Assembly: GCA_964187785.1 (NCBI GenBank)
Contig: OZ076419.1
Span: forward strand, 51,336,001-51,400,000
Direction: 5' to 3'
DNA length: 64,000 nucleotides
From: Amphiscolops sp. MND2022
Taxonomy: Eukaryota
Position numbers and translations under genes: made by a program. A model generated the notes under the pieces. That model was not told the DNA's origin and ran no database searches. It worked only from the letters and a program-made list of their open reading frames with translations. Below, piece after piece: positions 39,801 to 49,631 of the stretch. The stretch's first letter is position 1. Every line of letters begins with the position of its first letter.

Positions 39801-42647
39801 GTTGCCGCGACCACTACAAGTGCGATCAAGCTGCATATACTTATAATTTGCCTTTTTAGATACCGTTAGTCAGGTGCTCAGTGCTTACATATTCATAGTG
39901 GTGCTACTGAATCAAGTTTTAGTTTTAAGTTATTCAACATACCAATTGCATAACAGAACAAAGAAAAAAAGCAATACCTTAGAAGAAACAAAAGAACCGA
40001 CAAAGCCTTTCTCTTGAGTTGTAGGCTTAAGTTGAGAGTTTGTTTTCACGGCAGCTGCTTTCATAAGAGATTTTTACCTTGCCGAGCAGCGCGAAGCTCA
40101 AAAACTTCGAAAAGAAATCTAATAGGTATCATGTCTTTGCTGAAAACCAATAAAATTTGCTTCCTATTAGATCACGGTCATAAAAGATATTTTTCTCGAT
40201 GGACTGAAGAGAAAACTTACTTGCCTAGTTTTCTCACGGTAGGCAAAATCAAACCATTGCAGTATAGAAATTTGTATAGAAAGTAGTTTTCATTCGATGA
40301 ATCCCTCGTGGTTTCTGAGAAGGAAACCCTGTTCGGTGATGACCGCTCATCTACAAGAGAACACGAAGAATTCAATGCAATGAAGATCGCTTGGTGCTCC
40401 GTTTCGACACAACAGCTGCTCGCGTGACAGGGACTCAAGCAAAGACCTTGACGTCAAGCATACCGGGGAGTATGTAACGATCATTCATCATGGACGTCTG
40501 AGACATTCGTTCAAAAAGACTATAAATTGCCGATTTCGATCAGTTGTCGCTGATCGCTTCCGTGTCTTTAAAAAAGACCTGCCAGGCAAATTAAAGAGGC
40601 CTAGAGCATCACAGTGCGGAGCCTAGACCCACAGAGCGATAACAGACGGAGAGCGAACCGAGAAATTGCGAAACACGCCAGAAAAGGACGGGTATTGCTA
40701 ATCACCCCAACATGGATTTGTTTGGACCGGCGCTTCCTTTAGCAAGTTGCTACTTAAGGTTGTCATTACCTAAAATGAGTCAGTTCGCTTAAACAAGCAA
40801 ACACGCTTATGTTCCACGCTAATTATTGCCCTGCTATGTTTCTTGCTCCGTAAATTATCGATCATCTTGTTGATTTAGCTCGTGAGCTGCTTTCCGTCAT
40901 GTCCTGCGACAGTAAAATTTACCTTTGCCAACACCGTCATTTTTAAAAACTATCTAAGCGGTAGTTTCAAGGAAAAAGGGTATTCCACGCTACTGATAGC
41001 AAATACAGTCTGGATCAGGCAGGCGAGCACTCCACACGAAGCGGAATTTTCCTCTGATGGGACAGTTTTTACCCGAAAGAGACAAAATGAACTGATGGCC
41101 ATGGGCGGTTGTCCCGGTCAAATACCCATGCCATTGGCTCCTCCATCTCTATTGACTGAGCAGCGGCATTGGTGATAGTTTGCCTTTACATTCCAATTGA
41201 CATTGCAGTTCTCTAACTCTTCTTTTAAAATACATTCTACACTTTTTAGGTTCGATCCAGTGTAGAATCATGTAAGCTGACAGATTGCCCAGACTTGCAA
41301 CTTTTTTTACATTTTTTACAAAAAGGCTTCAAATTAAGCTATTGATGATAAAAACATTGCTGCTGAAAACTTCGTAGATTCCTTAGCGGAGTTAAAGATT
41401 TGAAATTCAAAACTATTGGACCAGTCACACCCCAAGTACCATCTGTTTTGCTGCAAAAGTCCCCACCTTCAGGAAGACTTGTGTGTCATTCAAGATCATA
41501 GATAGATCACCATAAGATGTCAAAAAATGGTAATAATTTTACTCTTTTCAGTGTTTTGAATAAAGTGAGTTTCATGTCTTTTAAAATGAAAGGCATTTTA
41601 TAATTTCGTGCAACAAAAGACTACGTTATGCTAATTTGTCATTTGGGAAAGCTGATGATGGGTTATAAAATGATACATATACGGTCTAATCTATGATCGG
41701 CCTGTAAGCGTAAACATGGCGTCTGGGAGCAACAAGTTTCCAAGATCTTTTTCCTGATCAGTCCGTTTTCGCATGATGGTGCGGGAAATCCAAGGGATAT
41801 GTAAGGGTCGAGAAATTTTCCTCTCCTGACCATTAGTGTATGTCCAATTTTTGATTAGCCTGGGATCATACTGTTTCATGATGGCAGATTATAATCAACA
41901 ACTTGTTTTGATGTGGAGCGAAACCCGGCGGGGAATTGAAACGTGGCTGCTTGAGAAATTATGCAATTCGTCTCTGCGCTGACTTTTCAACGGAGTCTCA
42001 ACTGTGTATCTGAAAGCAGATACTGGATTGCGCAAATCTGGTTTAAATGATACAGCAGGCTACCAAACGTTTACGCACATCATTTCGTTTCGATCAAAGC
42101 GGTAAACATGAGACGCAAACTTTGCTGTTTATTCTGATACAACTTTTGAACATATCAGTCAGATTGAAGCAGCTAGTTCATGATATTGAATTTTTGCGAA
42201 TCTTCTTTCTTTCCTTGGCGGTGCTCTTCAAGGGACATAACTTTACCTAATACATAATGCAAACTCTAATAACTCTTTGCAATCATTCGAAACAATTAAA
42301 GGTCATCCAATTTTAATGTTCACTTTTTTCCAAAGGTCAGTTCAGGGGTTCCCAAACTTTTTCGGCTCGGACTGACAATCATTCCAGAATCAATCTACGT
42401 GTCCTCGTTTTGTGACGGAAGCAGCTGGACGATATTTCAAACTGATATGAATTGTCAATTGACACTTTCAGGTTCATGAGGGTTCGAAGATAAAACTTTA
42501 TTAAATTCTTTTCAGCGTGTTTTTGCACATGTGAAACAGGACTCTAGTTCTATCTGTATTGAACTGTCTCTGGACATTTGTTGTCTGTTGACATTTGAAT
42601 AAACATATTGGAAAATGTCAAGATCATGATCAAACCAAAGAATAAAC

Positions 42648-42687
42648 AAGGGCGGGACTCGAACCCACGTCCTTCCGCTTGGCAGAC
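42648..42687 (-). repeat. 3' half of a tRNA-derived (Gly-GCC-like) SINE head or tRNA pseudogene fragment
   Basis: The minus strand reads GTCTGCCAAGCGGAAGGACGTGGGTTCGAGTCCCGCCC, with a B-box (GGTTCGAGTCCC) and a CTGCCAA anticodon-loop-like sequence. The 5' half with the A-box is missing. Confidence 0.55.
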
Positions 42688-43640
42688 CTCAAACAATCCT
42701 CAAAAAATCAGAAGCAGAAGAAGTTACATTAGTGTGGCAGTTAGTGGAAGCCAGCTTATAAAGCTTATAAAATCTGGTCACTTCGTTGGTGTTAAAAAAA
42801 AAGAGAAGCCACTACTATATTCTGCGTTTTCCTACGAAAAGCACAGACTGAAAAAACTGTTGAAAAACAACACATTGCAATCAAATTCATCGAATTAGCG
42901 TACCGCTGGAATAGCGAATGGATCAAGAAATTCTTGAGATTCAAACATGCAATCATAGATTTCAACAATAAATTTCACAGCTAAAAATTCGATGAAACGT
43001 TTGGTGTGTGTAAACTTTTGGTAACCTACTGTATAAAGATCGATGATTTGATATTTTTGTTTTTTTTTAATCATCAACGAGTTTCAGTCATTTGAAAAAG
43101 TATAGTATGCGGTTTTGATGTATACCAGTTTTCTCTTCAATATTTTTCTGTAGTAGTATTTTCATCAGATAATTTCACTGATTTTGGAACTGAAAGTTGA
43201 TCAAGTGACTTTTCTTGAATCAATCAACCGCCAAACGTTGATTTGATAATTGTGCTAAAATTAAAAGATGCGTAATGTTCAAAAAACAATCGACTTGTCA
43301 ATTCTATTTCACTGTGTGTCTCTGTTCATGAAAATCTTGCTTGTTGAACTGATTTTACCAGATGTATTTTTAACTCTTCGCGTCACAAATCAAATTCAGA
43401 AGTTTTAACCAAACTACCGGAACTGTTTGTCAACATCGAGTTGTCAGCGCATCAATTCATTGAAGGAATAAGGTTTGTTCATTTGTTCAATTCGAAACAT
43501 CTTCACAGCTTTTCAAGTTAGCTTCTGACTAAAATGATGTTTTAGGAAAAAAAAACAGTTTTTGAGATTATATAAGATGACAGAATTGAGATTCAAGCAA
43601 TTGGTTACTTAAAAATGCACAAAAGACTTCCAAGATTTGG

Positions 43641-44225
43641 TGTAGAAATTTTTGCTAGTGGGTTGGAGAGAGATCCCAATGGCTCGATTCTAACAGAAAG
43701 GTTTAGTTTTTAGTGAGTAAGTTTCGTCCACGTATCGCGTAGTCTTTTCACAATGTCTCTCCGGTGCTCAAGTTTCGACTCCAAAAAAACACTATGGAAA
43801 AGTTACTTGCAATTAATACTATAATTCAGGAATTATCTGGATAATACAAGTCGAAGATTTCCACAGTATATAAACTCTCAATCAAATAACAATAGCACAG
43901 CAGGCGAAGGAATTATATACAATAACTCGACAAGACTGTGCCAGAATCACGATTCACTCAAAGATTTCCAAGTCCCGGACTTGTAACTTATTCGCTGCTC
44001 TCACAAAGCAGTTAAGTCAATTCGATCTCGAGTAGGTTTCTTGCCCGCACGCGGCTCAACCTACTCTTAACTTCGTAATCGTTCTTCTGTCTCACTTCGC
44101 CTTTTCAGCTGTTTTCACCATTCCGACGGTTTTTAAAACGTGATTAACATAGTTCTGCCTATCGTATGTACTTCGCGCAAAAATGATGGGATTTTTCTAA
44201 AACGCCAAAATCTAAAAATTCTACA
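43641..44225 (-). repeat. 3' LTR (585 bp)
   Basis: TG...CA termini with inverted ends. Identical to 48766-49350 by eye except C44061 versus T49186. Confidence 0.97.
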
Positions 44226-44237
44226 CTCTTCCCTTCT
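44226..44237 (-). other. Polypurine tract AGAAGGGAAGAG
   Basis: Purine run on the minus strand directly abutting the 3' LTR start. Confidence 0.85.
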
Positions 44238-44453
44238 GGACTTTTATTCTCCCGAATAAACTTAGCGGTATTGTCATTGGCTGAATCGTGGGATCTGGGT
44301 TAAACATATATAAATGTGGGGGGAGGATTCGGGATTGGTAAAAATGATTTCGGACTAAAAAATAACACCGATCGTTGATAATATGTACAGTGTTCCTGAA
44401 GGAGTATAGCATTGAATAAAAAAAAACAATTAAAATATCAAATAAAACATAAC

Positions 44454-44756
44454 TCATTTGCGCACCAGGGGAGGTCGAAGAAAGTCAACCATATACTCGA
44501 GCAGACTGATGACATCCTCAATTTCTTGATCTTCCTGGTGGGTTCGTATTATGGCCCAGTCATATAAAAAATCGAATAAAATATTCCACAGCAATATCCT
44601 CGGAGGTATTGTAATTACTTCTTGACAATAGAGATCACGACAGAAAATGTCAACGACGATACGTTCTCCATCGAACCAGCATCTAATCCGATCCAATCTT
44701 ACCGGTCTGGTGCGGTCCGGTAGGGGCCAGTCAAAGAAAAGTTTTCTGAAAGCCAT
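44454..44756 (-). CDS. Orphan 100-aa ORF (sense to the element) in the 3' region
   Basis: Intact ATG-to-stop frame MAFRKLFFDW...FLRPPLVRK, more GC-rich than its flanks. The ATG is directly preceded by a pyrimidine-rich stretch ending in TAG. No recognised family. Confidence 0.55.
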   Translation of the reverse strand: MAFRKLFFDWPLPDRTRPVRLDRIRCWFDGERIVVDIFCRDLYCQEVITIPPRILLWNILFDFLYDWAIIRTHQEDQEIEDVISLLEYMVDFLRPPLVRK

Positions 44757-45127
44757 CTATGCAATTGCAAGAACAATAGGTATCAAACGACGGGTAATTC
44801 TTTATGATAGATGCGTTTCTTTATCCAACTTTTATTTAGAGAGCCATTTAGAGGGTAAACAAAGATTTTCCTGTGGTCTTATTCTATATCGGCAATTCGG
44901 GTACGGACTTTCATGGTTCCCTACTTGCTTGCTTAGTTATTCACGATTAGACGTCGTCAAAGAATCATAATTAAATGAAGTGGGATTTTCGTCGTTGGAA
45001 GTTTTGTTTACTCGACATATTTACTCTTTTACCACAGTCAACTTTTCGCCAGCTCGGAGTTTCGGTACTGCTTAATTATACATCCATACGCTTTCCTCTA
45101 CGCCTAAATCAAAACGAGAATAACAAC

Positions 45128-45430
45128 ATGGCACAAGGTCCATTCCTATTGAGTCTGTATTGGGAATCTCAGTACTTCCGCGTGGTGTTCGAGATCACCC
45201 GTATTGAAATTGCAGAGCATCACGAGGTCCAGCTGACCGCGGAGGGCGAATTGGGCGCGTTATGTCTGGACTACCTTAGCCCTGGTTGGGTAGAATTCGT
45301 CATCTTCCTGAGGAACCTCGCCACATCGGAGATTGGTCTGGCGGGAGTGCAAAAACTTCGTCTCCTCATCGCCCGCCAAAAACTCTGGGGTGCTCTGCGG
45401 GAGCCAACCCCTCCACATTTCTTACTTTAA
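45128..45430 (+). CDS. Orphan 100-aa ORF antisense to the element (in-frame upstream ATG at 44975 would give 151 aa)
   Basis: Strong Kozak context AACAAC-ATG-G. The GC-rich coding-like stretch MAQGPFLLSLYW...PTPPHFLL begins at about this ATG. No recognised family. Confidence 0.6.
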   Translation: MAQGPFLLSLYWESQYFRVVFEITRIEIAEHHEVQLTAEGELGALCLDYLSPGWVEFVIFLRNLATSEIGLAGVQKLRLLIARQKLWGALREPTPPHFLL

Positions 45431-46062
45431 TTCATCCGTATAAACATCATCTGTCATCATCGACTTCCTTCGTTAAAATTGAAATACAGTTTTCATAGCT
45501 CTGCCTCTAATTTGAGAAAGTCACCTTTAATGCTTACGAACGATTTTGCACCGCATCATAAACTCGGGGTAGTCATTTTAAGGAGGGGAGGTCGGTTGAT
45601 CGTAGATAAAAAAAATATATATATAGTCAAGGCGGAACACCGCTTTGATAGAAGAGTATCTCAGGGCGATTAAAACATGAGACATACTTTCTTTGGAAGG
45701 GGGAATCCTCAGGAACAGGTCTCGTTGGGTCGTGAAAATTATACGCAAGAACATGCCTTGAGCCTTGGGGGGTGACATTGTTTCGAGGCGCCGTTGTTTT
45801 AGTAATACCCCAAATTCTGATACCTAGCACTGCTAATTCAAAATTCTTTCTTCCCTTCTGCTCGCTTCGAAACAACGTCACAGGGGGGTTTTAGGTGTTC
45901 ACGGGTGGCGCGTTACCTGATTTATAGAAAAAAACAAAAACAAAAAACGTAAGATTAAGGAAAGTTTCACTATGTTTCGTCAAGTCGTCAAGCCGAATCG
46001 AAGTTTCGGGTCAAATACATCTAACCAAAGACACGTCAATCTCCCGAAGTGATAGTTGTTCT

Positions 46063-48564
46063 TTAAGCCATCATCTTCTCACGTTTGTACGGTCCAGTGG
46101 CATCTGGCTGAGCCGCTCCGCGTTTGACTGACCACAATCCTGCATTCTCGCTCCTCTTGTGCCGGAGAGACCGCAACCCTCGCTCCTTGAACTTTCCCAG
46201 TTCTGATTGTTGGTTCCTGTCGAACCAGTCGTCAATGTACTCCGAGCTGGAAGGTGTCGGCGAAGGGCGTTCTCCGCTTCTGCTTCCAACTTCTTCGACG
46301 TCAGTCTCGCAATTGGGAGTCGGGTTCTGCTGAGGGACTACATACACTGTAATAGCTACGTGACTCCCTTTGAAGACGTCTTTAATTAGGCTTCGTATTT
46401 CACTCCAATTCAGTTTATCCAACCCACAGCCCATCCTCGGCAGGCTTATTCTGTGGACCCCAGACCACTCCGCGTGAGTTCTCATCTGTTGCAGCGACGT
46501 TTTCACGGATTCGTAGGTCGGTTTCTCGAAGTATCGTTGTTTGGTGACCAAGTGATACACGTAACGACGTTCTCCTTCAGTCCACTGCGCAAAAACTGGC
46601 TGTCTCTTGTGGTTGACATCCTTCGGATAAGTAGTGGGATACCTCGTTTTGACTTGCTTGGCAACTCCGATCCCCATGTGGAAATCTGCCGAAACACAGT
46701 GAGCCAAACAACCTTTGGACGAAAATAGGTCTCCTTCGATCTCTTTGTACTTCAGGTTTCCGCGTCCTCCGTCGACGTCATCATCGCCAAAAAGGGTCAC
46801 CTGATGAGGTTTCAGGGTAGTAATGATGGAGCTTCTGCTGCGATCACTCCTGTACTTAGACTCTGTTGTCGATACCGTGCGGAAATCAGCATATGTGTCG
46901 ACTATCATTGCGTCCCAGCGCCTTGGTGGCGGTTTCTCTCCGGAATCCCAGCTTGGATTCCTGCTCTCGGGAGCGCTCAAGTGCTGAGTGGAGGATGCCG
47001 ACCGTGAGGGTTCAGTCTCCGCGCTTTCAAGACTGTCACTGGTGCTTCGCTGGTACCAACTTCCTCCGTCTTCGCCCCATTGCGATGCAACAACTCTCAT
47101 TTTCAGCGGTTCTGAGGACAGAGGAGGTATGGACAGTTCGTCTTTCCCAAAGTCAAAAATCATTCTATGCTTTTTCACGAAGTTCAAGCCTAGAATAACG
47201 GATGGCTCGCAGTGGGGAACCACCACAAATTCTTCTTGCTCCTTCAAGGGTCCCAGCTGCAAATTTAGTCGGGTTAATCCATTAGTCGTCACTGGTTGAC
47301 CGTCTACAGACCGCAACTCTCCACGAAACTCTTTGACCTCATCAGGGGGTCTAAGCGATTCCATTGTACTTGAGTCCACCACGTTCACGCCAGCTCCCGT
47401 GTCCAACAAAATGTCCATCTCTCTTCCCTCGATTCGGGCTTTCACGAAAACCCCGCTGTTACAACCAGAACAGTCTACCACACGCACAGAGTTCAACGCC
47501 TTTCTTTCAATTGCTAAGCCAGCCCTCTCAACAATTTGTGCAGCTTTTTCTCTAGTCAACTTCCCATGCACATCTGGAGCGTCTTCGACCACCAGCTGCC
47601 GTTTGGGGCATTGTTGAGGAAAGTGTCCGAAAATATCGCAAACAGGGCAGATATCGGCTACAAAACCGCCATCCCCCTTGAATTTTTGTTCGGTCACCAC
47701 AGTGGTGGCCTCGCGTTTATGTGGGTCTGTCATCCCAGCCTGCTTCTCAGGCCTCACAGTTGTTGACAGAGTTTCCATAAAAGTCATCATCATCTGTGTC
47801 ATCTGGTCCATTCTTCTTGTGAGCTGGTGTATCCCCTCTTTCCACGGTTCGGGTGAATAACCACCGAACTCACAACTTGAGTCTTGCTGCCTTCCAAACT
47901 CTTCGTACCTCTCTTGTTCATTCCGTGAACGGCCACGTGTTGTTCCAGCAATAACTTCCAAGTCAACAGCCCTGTTCCCTAGATCCCCAAACGTTTGTGG
48001 GTTCTCTTTCAACAGCTGCACTTCCAGTTGTACATCGCTCAAACCCGCGAGGAACTTCTCGCGGAACAACTCGTCTCTCGTGTTGGGGTTCTTCTCTGAG
48101 TAGGCAATTTTTCCAATGTTTCTCACTCGTCGGGCAAATTCCCTCAGGGTTTCCTCTGGTTGCTGTCGAAGTTTTCTAAATTCTGCTTTCCCCAGACGGT
48201 CATTTCGCATCATCCCCATTTCTCTACCCAGGTAATTGAATAGTGCAGCTAACGTAGGTGCATCTTCCCCATCCACTTGCTCTCTCAGTTCTCGAGGCGC
48301 AGCGTTGTACTCGTCCAATGCGTACCCAATCAAGCACACAGGCACAGCTTGCAGACCTTGCAACTCAGTCCATCCGTTGGCTCTGCCAACTCTGTAAAAG
48401 TGCGTTTTCCATTGGGACCAATCTGGATAGTTCTGCGAGGGGAAGCTGTCAGGTCTGATTGCTCCATTGCCAAACAGCCGATTCTCATTCCCGTTGAGGC
48501 CCTGTATCACCCCTTGGGCGACAGCCTCCATTATTGCAAGTCGCTGTTCGTCTTCCATACCCAA
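46063..48564 (-). CDS. 833-aa Gag-CCHC-aspartic protease-TARG1/OARD1-like macrodomain polyprotein
   Basis: Gypsy capsid region (WSQWKTHF...NGW, LRQQPEETLREFARRVR...FLAGL), zinc knuckle CPVCDIFGHFPQQC (~aa 306-319), protease ILLDTGAG (~aa 388), and macrodomain GDLF..CLAHCVSADFHMGIGVA...YHLVTK...KPTYE...LPRMGCGLDKLNW (~aa 603-744). Confidence 0.95.
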   Translation of the reverse strand: MGMEDEQRLAIMEAVAQGVIQGLNGNENRLFGNGAIRPDSFPSQNYPDWSQWKTHFYRVGRANGWTELQGLQAVPVCLIGYALDEYNAAPRELREQVDGEDAPTLAALFNYLGREMGMMRNDRLGKAEFRKLRQQPEETLREFARRVRNIGKIAYSEKNPNTRDELFREKFLAGLSDVQLEVQLLKENPQTFGDLGNRAVDLEVIAGTTRGRSRNEQERYEEFGRQQDSSCEFGGYSPEPWKEGIHQLTRRMDQMTQMMMTFMETLSTTVRPEKQAGMTDPHKREATTVVTEQKFKGDGGFVADICPVCDIFGHFPQQCPKRQLVVEDAPDVHGKLTREKAAQIVERAGLAIERKALNSVRVVDCSGCNSGVFVKARIEGREMDILLDTGAGVNVVDSSTMESLRPPDEVKEFRGELRSVDGQPVTTNGLTRLNLQLGPLKEQEEFVVVPHCEPSVILGLNFVKKHRMIFDFGKDELSIPPLSSEPLKMRVVASQWGEDGGSWYQRSTSDSLESAETEPSRSASSTQHLSAPESRNPSWDSGEKPPPRRWDAMIVDTYADFRTVSTTESKYRSDRSRSSIITTLKPHQVTLFGDDDVDGGRGNLKYKEIEGDLFSSKGCLAHCVSADFHMGIGVAKQVKTRYPTTYPKDVNHKRQPVFAQWTEGERRYVYHLVTKQRYFEKPTYESVKTSLQQMRTHAEWSGVHRISLPRMGCGLDKLNWSEIRSLIKDVFKGSHVAITVYVVPQQNPTPNCETDVEEVGSRSGERPSPTPSSSEYIDDWFDRNQQSELGKFKERGLRSLRHKRSENAGLWSVKRGAAQPDATGPYKREKMMA
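46335..46758 (-). other. TARG1/OARD1 (Poa1p-like) ADP-ribose glycohydrolase macrodomain within the polyprotein
   Basis: Collinear with human TARG1 motifs as recalled (KGDLF, LAHCISED.RMGAGIA, YYLITK, HKPTYENL, SMPRIGCGLDRLQW). The catalytic Lys (LVTK) and Asp (GCGLD) equivalents are present. Confidence 0.9.
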
Positions 48565-48746
48565 AGCGTTACTTCAGGCACCAACTAGTTGCAATAGAGA
48601 AACCTCTTTGTTCTGTTGTACAAGAACGTTCTCAGTCGATCAACCTCATCGGATAATGTGCTTGTTTTGATCGCGTCGTGAAGGGATTACAGCGAAGTCC
48701 CAGTAAAACAATTCCAAAATAACAGCGATACAGAACTACGAAAATT

Positions 48747-48764
48747 GCCCACCCAGGAGCGCCA
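48747..48764 (-). other. Primer-binding site TGGCGCTCCTGGGTGGGC, tRNA-Asn-like
   Basis: 18 nt starting 1 nt after the 5' LTR. It matches 16 of 18 positions of the complement of the recalled vertebrate tRNA-Asn(GTT) 3' end (TGGCGTCCCTGGGTGGGC). Confidence 0.8.
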
Positions 48765-48765
48765 C

Positions 48766-49350
48766 TGTAGAAATTTTTGCTAGTGGGTTGGAGAGAGATC
48801 CCAATGGCTCGATTCTAACAGAAAGGTTTAGTTTTTAGTGAGTAAGTTTCGTCCACGTATCGCGTAGTCTTTTCACAATGTCTCTCCGGTGCTCAAGTTT
48901 CGACTCCAAAAAAACACTATGGAAAAGTTACTTGCAATTAATACTATAATTCAGGAATTATCTGGATAATACAAGTCGAAGATTTCCACAGTATATAAAC
49001 TCTCAATCAAATAACAATAGCACAGCAGGCGAAGGAATTATATACAATAACTCGACAAGACTGTGCCAGAATCACGATTCACTCAAAGATTTCCAAGTCC
49101 CGGACTTGTAACTTATTCGCTGCTCTCACAAAGCAGTTAAGTCAATTCGATCTCGAGTAGGTTTCTTGCCCGCACGCGGCTCAACTTACTCTTAACTTCG
49201 TAATCGTTCTTCTGTCTCACTTCGCCTTTTCAGCTGTTTTCACCATTCCGACGGTTTTTAAAACGTGATTAACATAGTTCTGCCTATCGTATGTACTTCG
49301 CGCAAAAATGATGGGATTTTTCTAAAACGCCAAAATCTAAAAATTCTACA
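48766..49350 (-). repeat. 5' LTR (585 bp)
   Basis: Direct repeat of 43641-44225, followed on the minus strand by the PBS and flanked by the TTTGG TSD. Confidence 0.97.
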
Positions 49351-49548
49351 TTTGGAATGGGGTTTCAAATACTGAGACAAATTTTTTTTAAATCATCGAC
49401 ATCGGATCTTTTGGTTGATGGTGAGCCAAATCTTTGAAATTGTGACAGATACTATAAATTTTCTTTTAATTGTTGTATCTCAAACGAGATGTTTCAGATT
49501 TGCTGACATTTTTGGTCACTTCCTTTCCGCAACCCGTATGAAAGTATA

Positions 49549-49631
49549 CTTTTTCGTTCCATAGTGCTTTTTCGTTCCATGGTGCATCTCCAAGATTATA
49601 ATCTTGGAGATGCACTATGGAACGAAAAAGC
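49549..49631. repeat. 66-bp spacer-less palindrome (49566-49631) preceded by a duplicated outer arm
   Basis: The arms gctttttcgttccatggtgcatctccaagatta and taatcttggagatgcactatggaacgaaaaagc pair at 32 of 33 positions. ctttttcgttccatagtg is repeated at 49549. Confidence 0.9.

Larger units (their letters stand above)
43641..49350 (-). mobile_element. Young, structurally intact non-autonomous Ty3/Gypsy-type LTR retrotransposon (5,710 bp) carrying a TARG1-like macrodomain
   Basis: Two 585-bp LTRs (TGTAGAA...TTCTACA), 5-bp TSD TTTGG at 43636-43640 and 49351-49355, PBS, PPT, and an uninterrupted 833-aa Gag-PR-macro ORF with no RT, RH or IN. Confidence 0.96.

Noticed and set aside
41660-41900. Possible LINE endonuclease fragment (DYNLPS...)
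   Set aside because: A single weak motif with broken frames is not enough to support a call.
42343-42365. CAGGGGTTCCCAAACTTTTT, a hAT/Charlie-like terminus
   Set aside because: No matching opposite end or TSD was found.
42648-42687. Functional tRNA-Gly gene
   Set aside because: The 5' half (acceptor stem, D-arm and A-box) is absent, so it is kept only as a SINE or pseudogene fragment.
44221-44457. 78-aa ORF running into the 3' LTR
   Set aside because: It is AT-rich and low complexity, starts in a poly-T 3' UTR-like tract and overlaps the PPT, so it is likely non-coding.
46071-48670. Many 60-110 aa plus-strand and alternate-frame ORFs overlapping the 833-aa ORF
   Set aside because: These are expected shadow ORFs of a GC-rich coding strand and show no motifs.
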